A stretch of 64,000 bases of DNA from Octopus sinensis (lineage: Eukaryota): NCBI RefSeq assembly GCF_006345805.1, contig NC_043015.1, positions 42,966,001 through 43,030,000 of the forward strand. The letters run 5' to 3'. Below, piece by piece: positions 1 through 12,226 of this stretch. The translations under genes and the position numbers were made by a program. Below the pieces are notes generated by a model. The model worked only from the letters and a program-made list of their open reading frames with translations. It did not search any database and had not been told where the DNA came from. Numbering within the stretch: the stretch's first letter is position 1; every line of letters begins with the position of its first letter.

Positions 1-1452
1 TTAACATCCGTTTTTCCCATGCTAGCATGGGTTAGATGGAGAGTTACTTGAAGCAGGGATTTTATGGCTGGATGCTCTTCCTGTTGTTTTGCAAGTAAAG
101 GATTCTAATAATGTTCCACCAAGCTATGAAAGTGCAGAGTGATCGGTCATAATGTCAACAAGAAATGTCAATGTCTGTACCACTTTGTTTACAAAGTGAC
201 AAGCAAAATATCAACATGTGTACATTTGCATACACCCCCTCCCCACACACAGATAAACACATTTCCAGTTCAGCACAAGCACGCTTGGGAGGTAAGAATT
301 CTGCTTCCCACCTACATGGTTTTTGGTTTAGTTCCTTGAGCAAGTGTCATCTACTATAGCCTCGGGCCAATCAAAGCCTTATGAGGAGATTTGGTAGATG
401 GAAACTGAAAGAAGCCCACTGTACAACAATTCAGCAAAAAGACTGATAGAATGAGAATCAGGTTTAAAAAGAAAAAAAAAGAAGTACAAGAGTTGATTTC
501 TTTGACTAAAATTCTTCAATGGAGGACCCCAGGATGGCTGCAATCTAATGACTGGAAACAATTAAAAGTAACACCTCTAAGCCGGAACCGTAGCCGGACC
601 CGAGTTGTTTTCCAAAAGCGTCTCAACCTCAAGGCGCATGCCTTAGCTCGGCGTTCGCCGTCCGCCCGTCGCGTTCGCGCGGCGAGCGGCAGCGTCGCCG
701 GCGGAATTGCCATTCAGTGACACCCATTTATTTCTTAAAGCAACAAGCTCATGTGGTATATTATTTTTTGCAGCCTTCAGACAAGTTGACTTCTACATGG
801 GTTGCCACAGAAGCCTGCACAGTGCATGGAGATAATCCAGTAGTTGTTGACATGATAATAGTATGATGCAAGATTGGTTTAACTGCAACTGAGAAAACAA
901 GAGTAAACTAAACAACAGACGCAATTTTGCAGTTTGCCAACTTTATTCTTTGAGACTTTCTAAATATAAATTCTCTGCGAAAGGTGGAGCATTGGCAGAA
1001 GCGGTTGCACACCAGACAAAACATTTAGCAGCATTCTTCCAGCGTTACAAACCATGTTCAGATTCAGGTACGTTGACTTGGCCTTTCATCCTTTCAGGGT
1101 CATATAAATTAAGTACCCCCTCTGCCAAAATTTCAAGCCTTGCCCTTGGAGGAGAAAGGATTCTCTATAGATATTTTGGGGAATTTGGGATTTCTGGTGC
1201 AGCATCATCCTAAAAGACCATCCTACCTTTCAATTTTCAGATTAGCACCATCTACAGAAGTGGGCGAAAAAGTAAACACCTGGATTATATATCTCAATTC
1301 ACCTACTGATATGTACCTTTGACTTGTTTGGGTCAATATCAGACTGTGGCCATGCTGGAGCACTGCCTTGAAAAACTTTTAGGCAATGAGTAAAAGCACC
1401 TATGCGAAGCTATGTAAAAGCACCCGTGTGGTGCCACATAAAAGTGCCTCAC

Positions 1453-1622
1453 TAATTTAAATAAACAGCAGTCAAGTGAAGACGTGACCTAATGGCAAGT
1501 GAACTGACCTCATAATCATAAGGCCATGGGTTCAATCCCTGGACTTGGTTAGCGCCTTGTGTTTTGAGAAAGGCTCTTCCCTTCACACTGCTACAGTTTA
1601 CTCAAATGAAAATGGTAGGATG
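1453..1622 (+). repeat. Old tRNA/CORE-type SINE fragment, locally duplicated at 3354-3545
   Basis: About 170-bp near-identical copies; contains a B-box-like GGTTCAATCC. Confidence 0.7.
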
Positions 1623-1882
1623 GACTGTGAGGCTCACCAATTATAGATTGACATATTTTGGTCATATTATGCTGAGAAAATCCCTGGAGAAGGACATCAT
1701 GCTTGGAATGGTCAGTGGCAAGACAGGAATTGGCTGACCAAGAACCCACTGGCTTGACACCATCAAGAGTGACATGGGAATGGCCATAGCCAATCTGAAA
1801 GAAGCGACCCAGGATAGAACTGACTGGAGGAACTGATCCATCGAGTAACCAAGAGTCGACTTCGACTGAGCGGATAGATAAA
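1623..1882 (+). mobile_element. 5'-truncated RTE (BovB-like) LINE 3' end
   Basis: Translates RLTYFGHIMLRKSLEKDIMLGMVSGKTGIG*PRTHWLDTIKSDMGMAIANLKEATQDRTDWR, matching the typical RTE ORF2 C-terminus. TSD TAGGATG at 1616-1622 and 1883-1889. Confidence 0.8.
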
Positions 1883-2689
1883 TAGGATGATGCTGACCTC
1901 TCTCCTGCTTAGTAGAGTGGTCAGCATTAGGAAGGGCAACCAGCAGTAGAAAGCATTCAGAAATGAGACTGGAGTCGGGTGCAGCTCTTCCTCTCTGGTC
2001 AAACCGTCCAACCCATGCCAGCATGGACAATGGATGTTAAATAATGATGATGATTAGTCAACTCCAGTACTTTTCTTTCTAAGCTTGGTATTTATTATAT
2101 CAGTTTCTTCTGCTGAACCGCTAAGTTACAGGGATGTAAACACACCAGTAACGGTTGTCAGGCAGTGGTGAGGAACAAACACACACAGGTATATACATAT
2201 ATCTATGTGTGCGAGTCACCTTCTAGTTTCCATCAACCAAATCCACTCACAAGGCTTTCGCCGGCCCGAGGCTATTATAGTAGCCTGAGGTGCCATGCAG
2301 TGGGACTGAACCCGGAACCATGTGGATGGCTGGGAAGCAAGCTTCTTACCACACATCCATACCTGCACCTAAATATAAATATATGATTCATATAAATCAG
2401 AAGGTATTTTTTAGTGCAAGTAATTAGCGTATCTTGATAACGAGGGTGATAAGAACAATAAAAACAACTTTGGCACGGAAATTTTAAACCTAGGACTGAA
2501 TTAAATTGGTGAAACATTCGCCAAATAATCCGTAATATTTGGGTTATCTTTGGTATGTATTTAAGCGTGTGTTTCTGTGGATATACGTCTATATACACAT
2601 GCATGTGCACTTACACATTTACATACATGCCAACATACATACATACATACATATACACACACACATAATTATATACATACACACACATG

Positions 2690-3105
2690 AAGGCGGCGAG
2701 CTGGCAGAAACGTTAGCACGCCGGGCAAAATGCGTAGCCGTATTTCGTCTGCTGTTACGTTCTGAGTTCAAATTCTGCCGAGGTCGACTTTGCCTTTCAT
2801 CCTTTCGGGGGTCAATAAATTAAGTACCAATCACGCACTGGGGTCGATGTAATCGGCTTAATCTGTTTGTCTGTCCTTCTTTGTCCCCTCTGTGTTTAGT
2901 CCCTTGTGGGTAGTAAAGAAATAGGTATTTCGTCTGCCGTTACGTTCTGAGTTCAAATTCCGCCAAGGTAACTTTGCCTTTCATCCTATCAGGGTCGATA
3001 AATTAAGTACCAGTTACGCACTGGGGTCGATGTAATCGACTTAATCCGTTTGTCTGTCCTTGTTTGTCCCCTCTGTGTTTAGCCCCTTGTGGGTAGTAAA
3101 GAAAT
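2690..3105 (+). mobile_element. Head-to-tail dimer of tRNA-derived SINE family C
   Basis: Full unit GGCGGCGAGCTGGCAGAA...GTAGTAAAGAAATA plus a 5'-truncated unit starting GTATTTCGTC. Flanked by ATATACATACACACACA (2671-2687 / 3106-3122). Confidence 0.85.
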
Positions 3106-4449
3106 ATATACATACACACACACACATAGGCATATATGTACACACATATACACAAATGTATTTATACACACACACATATATATATATATATGCACACATG
3201 ACTATACATATGCATGCTCACATAAATATACACACATGATAGATGGTGGAACTGGTAGAACATCAGACAAATTACATGATACTTGGTTACCCCTCTTTAA
3301 ATTCTGAGTTCAAATGCTGCTGAGACCAACTCGGCTTTCTTTGCTTTCCACAATAATTTAAATAAACAGCAGTCAAGTGAAGACACGTGACCTAATGGCA
3401 AGTGAACTGACCTCATAATCATAAGGCCAAGGGTTCAATCCCTGGATTTGGTAGCGCATTGTGTTTTGAGAAAAGCTCTTCCCTTCACATTGCTACAGTT
3501 TACTCAAATGAAAATGGTAGGATGGTGCTGACCTCTCTCCTGCTTCTGCTATCATATTCCATTCTGGATGTTCTACCAGAACAAGAGTGGAAGTGATGAG
3601 GAGGAGGCAATGTCTGCTTTGACAACACATGCGCCTAAAAACAATTTACCAAAGTATGGTTAATTGGTTCACTACAAGGTTAGGTCCTTGTTGTGATATG
3701 GTGGTTTGTGTACATCAATGGCCCCAAGAGCTATGCTAGCAGACTCGAAGCACCTGATAGGACCCTCCATGCTGAACAGGTCAAATGAAAGGGGCCAGGC
3801 TAATATGGACTGTCTCTTCCTGGAGGTAAAAAACAATGAGCTTGTGTTGGGCCAATCATCCTATCTAGAAAAGAGCAAAGTTAGAAAAGCCTCAATGGTA
3901 ATTCCAAATTAACAAGACCTGAGAGAGAAAGGCTTTCCCTTAAGGAAACGTGTGGTATGTGTGGAGTGTGTTTGTGTGTGTGTTGCGTCTCCTTATCTTG
4001 AGATGCGATAGCTGTCAGTAAATACCCCTGTCACACAAACAGGGTCATTCATTTCCTGTATTCTGTGAAAATGTCTGGCTATGGGGGGGGGGTATTACCT
4101 CCCTTGGAAACAGGTGAGGGTTGATGACAGGAAGGGTATCCAGCTGTAGAAAATCTACCTCAACAAAACCCATCCAACTCATGCGAGAACGGAAAAGCAA
4201 AGATTCAAACAATGATTCAGATGATGAGAAGGTTAATACTGCCAAGACAGATTGCAACTGTGTGAGATGTTATGGTGTGGGTTTTCACCAAGCAAAAACC
4301 AGGGTTTTGTGTAATCAACTATGCCCTTAAAGATAGTATCCCTGAATGGTCTTTTTTTTTCCAATTACTGAGAATGGTAAAAGACTAAAAGGACCACAAA
4401 CACAAACATAATTGTTTTATTAACAATTCAAAAGTGTTGCTATCTCCAT

Positions 4450-5190
4450 TCACCCCCTCCACCACACACACACAGATACATACATATACGCATACGTATA
4501 TATTCAAACACGTCTATACATACATATATATACACACATATATATCCACACACACACACACACACATATACATATATATATATCCAGACACACACAATTG
4601 TATGTCATATATATATCCACAGACACACACATATACATATATATATCTACAGACACATACACACATATATATATATATACACACACATACATACATACAT
4701 CCCCCATACATACACATATATATATATATACAAACATATATACACCCCACATTCATATATACACACACACATTTATATCTATAGACATACAAAAACACAT
4801 AAGTACACATTCACACACACACACACACACACATATGTCCATATATATATTGTGTGTGTGTGTGTGTAAAGTCATCTCCAAACCAACCTTTTGAAATTTA
4901 ATGGTATTTACGCCTCTCAGAACGGTGAAATGGCACACTCCCCATTCAAAGACAATTAACTGAAATATCAACGAAGGAGCCATCTTTCCATCTTCCGCTG
5001 TCGTTTTTTCTTGTTTTCAGTTCATTCAGGTATCACAAGTTCACAGACAAAAGACTGACAATCTGTACTTTCCCAGGCAGTTCCTCGTGACATCATATAA
5101 TCACACACACACACACAACACAGATATAACATTCAAAGACACACACATGTACATACATATGCACAAATACATACACACACACATAAAAAC

Positions 5191-5233
<43 letters not shown>

Positions 5234-5239
5234 CATACT

Positions 5240-5270
<31 letters not shown>

Positions 5271-5347
5271 GCACAGAAACATCCACACACTGATACACAC
5301 ACACACACAGAGAAACATACATGCACTCATATATATATCTACACATA

Positions 5348-5385
<38 letters not shown>

Positions 5386-5428
5386 CACACACATACTCAT
5401 ATATATATATACACACATACATACATTC

Positions 5429-5463
<35 letters not shown>

Positions 5464-5529
5464 CATATATAAATATATAATATATATATATATACATACA
5501 TACACATACATATGCTCATATATATATAT

Positions 5530-5564
<35 letters not shown>

Positions 5565-5936
5565 ATACACTCATATATATATATTAAAGAAAATCTTGTC
5601 AAAGTTTGTGTTAAATGTCAGATCTATGGAAGCCAGTTTTTGCCTCTTACCATTCAAGATTAGCTATCATATTCACACTTGAGCATCTACATGTGTGTGT
5701 GTGGGTGTGTTTGAATATAGACACCATACACACGCATACACATACACAAGCACACACACCTACATACAGACACATACAGAAATATGTACCTATACACAAT
5801 GATATATATATGTGTGTGTGTGTGTTTATATAAATCTACATCTATCTACCTATCTACACACACACAAACACACATCACTGACTGTGGAGATATACATACA
5901 TATTATCAATCATTATGGCAAGGTTCCAACATACAT

Positions 5937-5970
<34 letters not shown>

Positions 5971-6338
5971 GCACACACACATATATACACACACATATAT
6001 ATATACATACACATACATATATATATATATATATACATACACACACATACATATATATACATACACATACATATATATACATACACATACATATATATAC
6101 ACACATATATATATATATATATACATAAATATATATATATACATACACACATATATATAAATACATATACACACATATATATACACACACACATATGCAT
6201 ATACACACACACACACACATATATATACACACACACATATACACACACACACACATATATATACACACACACATATACACACACATATATATACACACAC
6301 ACATATACATATACACACACACACACACACACACCACA

Positions 6339-6379
<41 letters not shown>

Positions 6380-6450
6380 CACAGACACACACATATATAT
6401 ATATATATAGATAGCTACACAGAATCACATGTACACACACGTGTGTGTGT
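4450..6450. repeat. Cluster of (TA)n/(CA)n compound microsatellites
   Basis: Direct inspection (main blocks 4450-4860, 5100-5583, 5930-6450). Confidence 0.9.
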
Positions 6451-6598
6451 GTGTATATAATGTAATACATCTTGTCTTTTTTTTGGGAGGGGAGGGGTTG
6501 TTCCATTTTGTGATTTGCTTTGTAGTGAGGTAAGTCAAGATAATGGCTATTACCTAACTCACCATTATCTCTAAAAACGATAGACAGATAATAATAAC

Positions 6599-6637
<39 letters not shown>

Positions 6638-6836
6638 CTTAAATAGAAATATAAAGCAAAATATAAAAAAACACCAAAAACCAGAAATAAAAACTATTCC
6701 CCCCTCCTCTTCCTCGCCACCAAAAAAGTACACCAAGATCAAATATCTAACAGAACACATGAAATGAAGTTGATGTTGATGATGATGATAGTGGTGGCGG
6801 TGGTGGCGAAGATGGTAGCGGTGGTGATGGGTATGA

Positions 6837-6936
6837 NNNNNNNNNNNNNNNNNNNNNNNNNNNNNNNNNNNNNNNNNNNNNNNNNNNNNNNNNNNNNNNN
6901 NNNNNNNNNNNNNNNNNNNNNNNNNNNNNNNNNNNN
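6837..6936. other. Assembly gap (100 N, probably of unknown size)
   Basis: Exactly 100 N; sequence across it is not necessarily contiguous. Confidence 0.95.
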
Positions 6937-7277
6937 TTTCCGACAGCTGGATCCTCTACCTGTCACCAACCTTCCCTTGCTTCCAAGCTAAGTAATATTT
7001 CCCCAATGCCTAGCCTTGTTTCCACAGAAGACTGGAAAGAACATTATCCTTTTAGCATCTAAACTGGTCATGATCTCTGAACGGTGGGCCTCACGGAGGC
7101 AATGACAAGTGACCGAGACCTTTGGCGATATACCATTTCTTGAGAAGAACCTTTAAGCCAAGTGAAATCATAGTCAAGGCCGATGTCGGTGTCACATAAC
7201 TGGCACCCGTGCTGGTGGCACATAAAAAGCACCCTTCAAATACTGGGCCCTATGGAGTTTCCCATCATTAAGGCACA

Positions 7278-7632
7278 TTATTACCTTCTCCTTAGTGAGG
7301 GCAGAGGTATTGTTTTCAGTCGTGCTTGTTTGTTTGTCTGTGGACACGGTATCTCAAGAACCACTGGATGGATTCGGATGAAACTTTCAGGGCTGTTTGG
7401 CCTCATAACTGGCACGAACTCATTAGATTTTGGGATCGACTTGGTACCGGACAAGGATTCTGGATTGTTTTTCCAGTTTTTTTACTTAATTTTTGAGAGC
7501 AGTCGGCTTCATTTTTGTATTCTCGTTTGTGAGAGCAATCGAGTTTATTTCAGATATTCTCATTTTAAAATCATCTCCGGCTAATTGTGGTCTTGCCTTG
7601 GTGGAAGTTTGCACTCTCTGAGTGCTCTTGTT
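7278..7632 (+). mobile_element. Helentron-associated non-autonomous element (HINE/DINE-1-like)
   Basis: 5' inverted repeat ACCTTCTCCTT-AGTG-AGGGCAGAGGT, (GTTT/GTCT)n stretch, 3' subterminal GCCTTGGTGGAAGT, 3' hairpin GCACTC-TCT-GAGTGC (7611-7625), T-rich ends. Confidence 0.6.
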
Positions 7633-8035
7633 ATTTATATAACCAAGCTAAAACACATACATACACGCATCAATAAGGAATCCCCAACAGAATTGCTTGA
7701 CCTGTTAGAAATAGCAACTAAATGTCCTACATACTGTCTGACATTGTCGTATCAATGAAAAGAAGAACACATTTGGAAATGCAGCCATAAATACATTATA
7801 TCCTGATAAGGAAATAAAACAAGAAATGAAAAAAACCTCCATAGCTATTGTTGTAAGCTTCTTTGAACATTCAAGCGATGGTAATTGATAATTCTGACTT
7901 TGTAATGCACCAGAGATCAAGCAAAAAAATATTTACTGATGTCCTCTGTGTGGGAAGTTAAACAAAACTAGGTTTTTAAAGCAACGGGCTTTGTTAACAT
8001 TTACTGTCGTTTTTCTATGCCGGTATGGGTCAGAG

Positions 8036-8964
8036 CATTGGTTCTCAGCCAGGGACCATATAAAATTTTCAGGGATTCACACAACGAAATAGTAAATTGG
8101 GGACCCACAATAGTATTTTAAGGGCCCCTGAAAAAAATTTTGCTTTAGATATATGTATTCATAAGTATTACGAGAAATAGGTAGGTTTCTTCCTTTAACA
8201 TTTTATGTAGTTCAACCTACACAAATTGATGTGTGAAAAACAAAATAGGAATTTTGAAAGAACATAGGCACAGGAGTAGCTGTGTGGTAAGAAGCTTGCT
8301 TACCAACCACAAGGAGTGGTTGGTGTTATAAAGGGTGTCCAGGCATAGAAAGCATGCCAAATCAGATTGGAACATGGTGCTGCCCCCCCCTCCCAGCTTA
8401 CCAGTTCCAGTGAAACCGTCCAACCCATGCCAGCATGCAAAGCAGACATTAAATGATGATGATGATATTGCAAGAGTGGCTGTGTGGTAAGTAGCTTGCT
8501 TAGCAACCCACATAGTTCCGGGTTCAGACCCACTGCGTGGCACCTTGGGCAAGTGTCTTCTATTATAGCCTCAGGCCAACCAAAGCCTTGTGAGTGGATT
8601 TGGTAGATGGAAACTGAAAGAAGCCCGCCGTATATATGTATATATATATATGCATGTGTGTGTATATGTTTGTCCCCCAACATCACTTGACACTGATGCT
8701 GGTGTGTTTACATCCCCCCTTACTAGCAGTTGGCAAAAAGAGACCGATAGAATAAGTACTAGGCTTACAAGAATAAGTCCTGGGGTTGATGATTTGCTCG
8801 ACTAAAGGCAGTGCTCCAGCATGGCCACAGTCAATTGACTGAAACAAGTAAAAGAGAGAAGTGTCTATAAAACTAGTTTTTAAAGATTAAATGGCGATAG
8901 GGGTCCACCAGAATAAAATAGTAACCAAAGGGGTCCATAGATATAAAATGGTTGAGAACCCCTG
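8036..8964. mobile_element. hAT (Charlie-like) MITE interrupted by SINEs
   Basis: Ends CATTGGTTCTCAGCC / GGTTGAGAACCCCTG; imperfect 8-bp TSD GGTCAGAG / GGTTAGAT. Confidence 0.7.
8470..8857 (+). mobile_element. SINE family A nested in a hAT MITE
   Basis: Same family sequence. Confidence 0.85.
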
Positions 8965-9129
8965 GGTTAGATGGCTTGGCTGGAACTGGTAAGCTGCACT
9001 AGGCTCCAGTCCTGGTTTGGCTTGGTTTCTACAGCTGGATGCTCTTCCTGACACCAACCACTACAAGGGTGTAGTGGATGCCTTTTCCATCTCACATGTC
9101 ACTGGCCATCATGATTCCACTTGGTCTGA

Positions 9130-9273
9130 TGTGTCTTCTCAAGCAGAGCAAATTGCCAAAAGTCTTGATCTTGTCATCACCTCCACGTCTCCATCAGGCT
9201 CGACATCTGAAAATCATGCTTCGCCACTACATCCCATGTCTTTCTAGGTGTACCTCTTCCACAGGTTCCCTCC
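9130..9273 (-). mobile_element. RTE LINE ORF2 C-terminus continuous with the (GAT)n-tailed 3' UTR family B
   Basis: Minus strand reads EGTCGRGTPRKTWDVVAKHDFQM... and ...DQDFWQFALLEKT (decayed), an RTE-like GRPR.TW...DR..W motif. Confidence 0.7.
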
Positions 9274-9398
9274 ATAGTTAGCAAATTGGCAACATATATA
9301 AGAAGAGAATTCTTTATTCACTTTAATCTATCAACCATATTTGTGTATGACAAATTATATGAAGAATATATTTGGAAAAGATGGTTAAGCATTGGTGA

Positions 9399-9654
9399 TC
9401 GAAGTGCCAACACTTAAAGTGGTAGCAGTACCAATAATTGTCGGAGCCCTGGGAACAGTGAGTAAAAGCCTTTGGAAGTACATGGAACAAATAGGGGCTG
9501 CAATAAGGGTGGAGTACTTGCGGAAAACAGCACTGTTTGGAACCACTCAAATATTCCGGAAGGTGCTCAAAAAACAAGAGGTGTTACCTTAGTTCACTGG
9601 TAGTGAACAGCTGACACCATGGTACATCTCCAGCGTTAGAAGTTGTGCAAAGAA

Positions 9655-9683
<29 letters not shown>
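9399..9683 (+). mobile_element. 5'-truncated R4/Dong-like (RLE-clade) non-LTR retrotransposon 3' end
   Basis: ORF 9392-9592 ends VVAVPIIVGALGTVSKSLWKYMEQIGAAIRVEYLRKTALFGTTQIFRKVL, the typical RLE-LINE C-terminus (PIV.GALG...LQK.AL.GT..I.R.VL). Short UTR followed by an (AAT)n tail. Confidence 0.7.
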
Positions 9684-9686
<3 letters not shown>

Positions 9687-11003
9687 TTCTTTCTACCATA
9701 GGAACAAGGCCAGCAGTTTTAGGGGATCGGTTAAGTTGAATATCATCAACTCCAATATTGATTGGTGCTTATTTTATTGACCCTGGAAGGGTGAAAGATG
9801 AAGTCAACCTCAGCAGAATTTGAACTGAGAACGTAAAGGTAATAACAATAATGATGATGATGATGATGATTATGATGATTCTAGTATGTATTTCATGTAG
9901 GAGGAGAATAAAAAAAAAAAATGAAATGAGAACACTTGAAGAATTCCATCATGTTCAGAAATGTGAAACTTGATAGTTCCAGCATCTGCAATGCATAACA
10001 GTGGTTCCTCCTACCTTGCGGAGAATCGGTTTCTGCTGATTAAATGGTAAAGTAGACAGATAAATTACAACACTTACAGAACAGTGAGATATTCAGCTGA
10101 GAAATTTAGCTCCAAAAACTTCACCCTCCCCCCCACAACCACCACCGACAACCATGTGAGCCACTAAACGACAGTTGCTCGACTGTTTTTTGTCTTTGAT
10201 AAAAATAGCATCCAAGTGCCCCTCAAGTCACACCCTTATCAGCTGGGGGTTCAACCTACTGTGTAGCACCCTGTACAAGTGTGTTCTACAATGCCTGTGG
10301 GATGACTGAAGCCTTGTGGGTGAGTTTGGTAGACAGAAAACTGAAACTGAAAGAAGTCTGCCATATGTATGATTTTTCATTGAGTTTTATCTAAGTTTTT
10401 CATAAGCGAACTTAGGTGTAGGAGTGGCTGTGTGGTAAGTAGCTTGCTTACCAACCACATGGTTCCGGGTTCAGTCCCACTGCGTAGCACCTTGAGCAAG
10501 TATCTTCTACTCGGGCCGACCAAAGCCTTGTGAGTGAACCCGGAACCATGTGGTAACAAAAAAAAAAAGAAAAAAAAGAAAAAACAGTTGCCCAAAGTTT
10601 CACACAGTGGGGTTGAGCCCCAAACTACACGGGTCTGAAAGCAAACTTCTTAACCACACATCCAAGGGCCATGCCTTTTCGAATGACACAACTTTCTAAT
10701 ATCCTATTGGTGTTTCTCTGATGACTAATCGACCAATCAGAGAAAAGAATGACTTTAAGGAAATATTTTCCAAACCGGCTGCATCTGACAATCCTATTAA
10801 CAACAAAGAAATCGGTCGCAGTGGAAGGACATTAAACAGTGGAATATTTCTTCAGATTGTGTAATCACAGACTGCTTATCTTGACCGTTTCCATACTTTA
10901 AAGAGAATATCGGATTATATGGCAACTAACTAGCTTATCGAGTTACATCACGGATATATCTAAAAATAGATTTATTATGGTAATTTAGCAGACATATTCC
11001 TCA

Positions 11004-11660
11004 ATGTGTGCATATGTGTGTGTGTGTGTGTGTGTGTGCATATGTGTGTGTGTGTGGTGTGTGTGCATATGTGAGTGTGTGTGCATATGGGTATGTGTGA
11101 ATGTCTGTGTGTATGTGAGTGTGTGTGTTCCTGTGCGATTGTGTGTGCATGTGTGTGAATGTGTCAGTACAAGCGTGTATGTGTGGGTGTGTGTATGTCA
11201 CTGTTGTGTATGTGCAAGTGTGTGTGTGTGTAGGTATGTATGTGTGTATGGGTATGTGTGAGTGCGTGTGTGTATGTGTTCATGTGCGAGTGTGTGTCCA
11301 TGTGCGAGTGTATGAATGTGTCTGTACAAGTGTGAGTGTGTGTGTGCATGTGACTGTTGTGTGTGTGCGAGTGTATGCAGGTATGTGTGTGTGTGAGTGT
11401 GTGTATATGAGTGAATGTGTGTGTGTGTGTTCATGTGCATGTGTATGAATGTGTCTACAAGTGTGTGTGTGTGTGTGTATGTGACTGTTGTGTATGTGCA
11501 AGTGTGTGCAGGTATGAATGTGCGTATGGGTATGTGTGAGTGTGTGTGCATGTGTGAGAGGGTGTATGTGTGTGCATACATGTGTATGTGTGTGAACATG
11601 TACATGTGAGTGTGTCTGTGTGTGTGAGTGTGTGCACACGTACATGTGGGCGTGTGTAGG
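11004..11660. repeat. Degenerate (TG)n array
   Basis: Direct inspection. Confidence 0.9.
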
Positions 11661-11973
11661 TTAGTGGAATGGCAGAACTGAATGATAAATGCCTAACAGT
11701 ATTCAGTTAAGCCCATTCCGCTCAGCGTTTCAATTGCACTGTCCGTCCTTCAAGGGTCATTTTGGCCATCATCATTACCACCATCATTTTAATGTCTGCT
11801 CTCCCATCCTTTGCATGGGTGAGGTGGAATTTACTGTGGCAAATTTCCTACGACTGGATACCCTTCCTGTCGCTAATTGTCACCTGTTGACGCTAATTGA
11901 TGGTGATGATGATGATTACTCAATCAAATGTAATTCTTATTTACGCTAATTGTTTTTAATTATTCATGTACTA

Positions 11974-12177
11974 GGCGCAGGAGTGGCTGTGTGGTAAGTA
12001 GCTTGCTTACCAACCACATGGTTCCAGGTTCAGTCCCACTGCGTGGCATCTTGGGCAAGTGTCTTCTACTATAGCCTCAGGCCGCCCAAAGCCTTTTGGT
12101 GGATTTGGTAGACAGAAACTGAAAGAAGCCCGTATATATGTATATATATATAATATATATATATATAATATATATAT

Positions 12178-12226
<49 letters not shown>

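Noticed and set aside
4121-4330. ORF containing KDSNNDSDDEK
   Set aside because: Corresponds to the decayed (GAT)n tail of a family-B repeat.
5021-5029. Possible 9-nt plus-strand microexon (strong acceptor, CAG|GTATCA)
   Set aside because: No supporting neighbouring exons, and such matches are expected by chance in T-rich DNA.
4434-6506. Long ORFs rich in Y/I/H/T or C/V/M (also 11001-11645, 15449-16394, 36255-37148, 48363-49092)
   Set aside because: These are translations of dinucleotide microsatellites that lack stops by composition. No domain content.
6739-6991. ORFs spanning X residues
   Set aside because: They cross the 100-N assembly gap.
10718-10746. CTGATGA...GAAA as a hammerhead
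   Set aside because: No stem II. The pattern is explained by the 10-bp inverted repeat.
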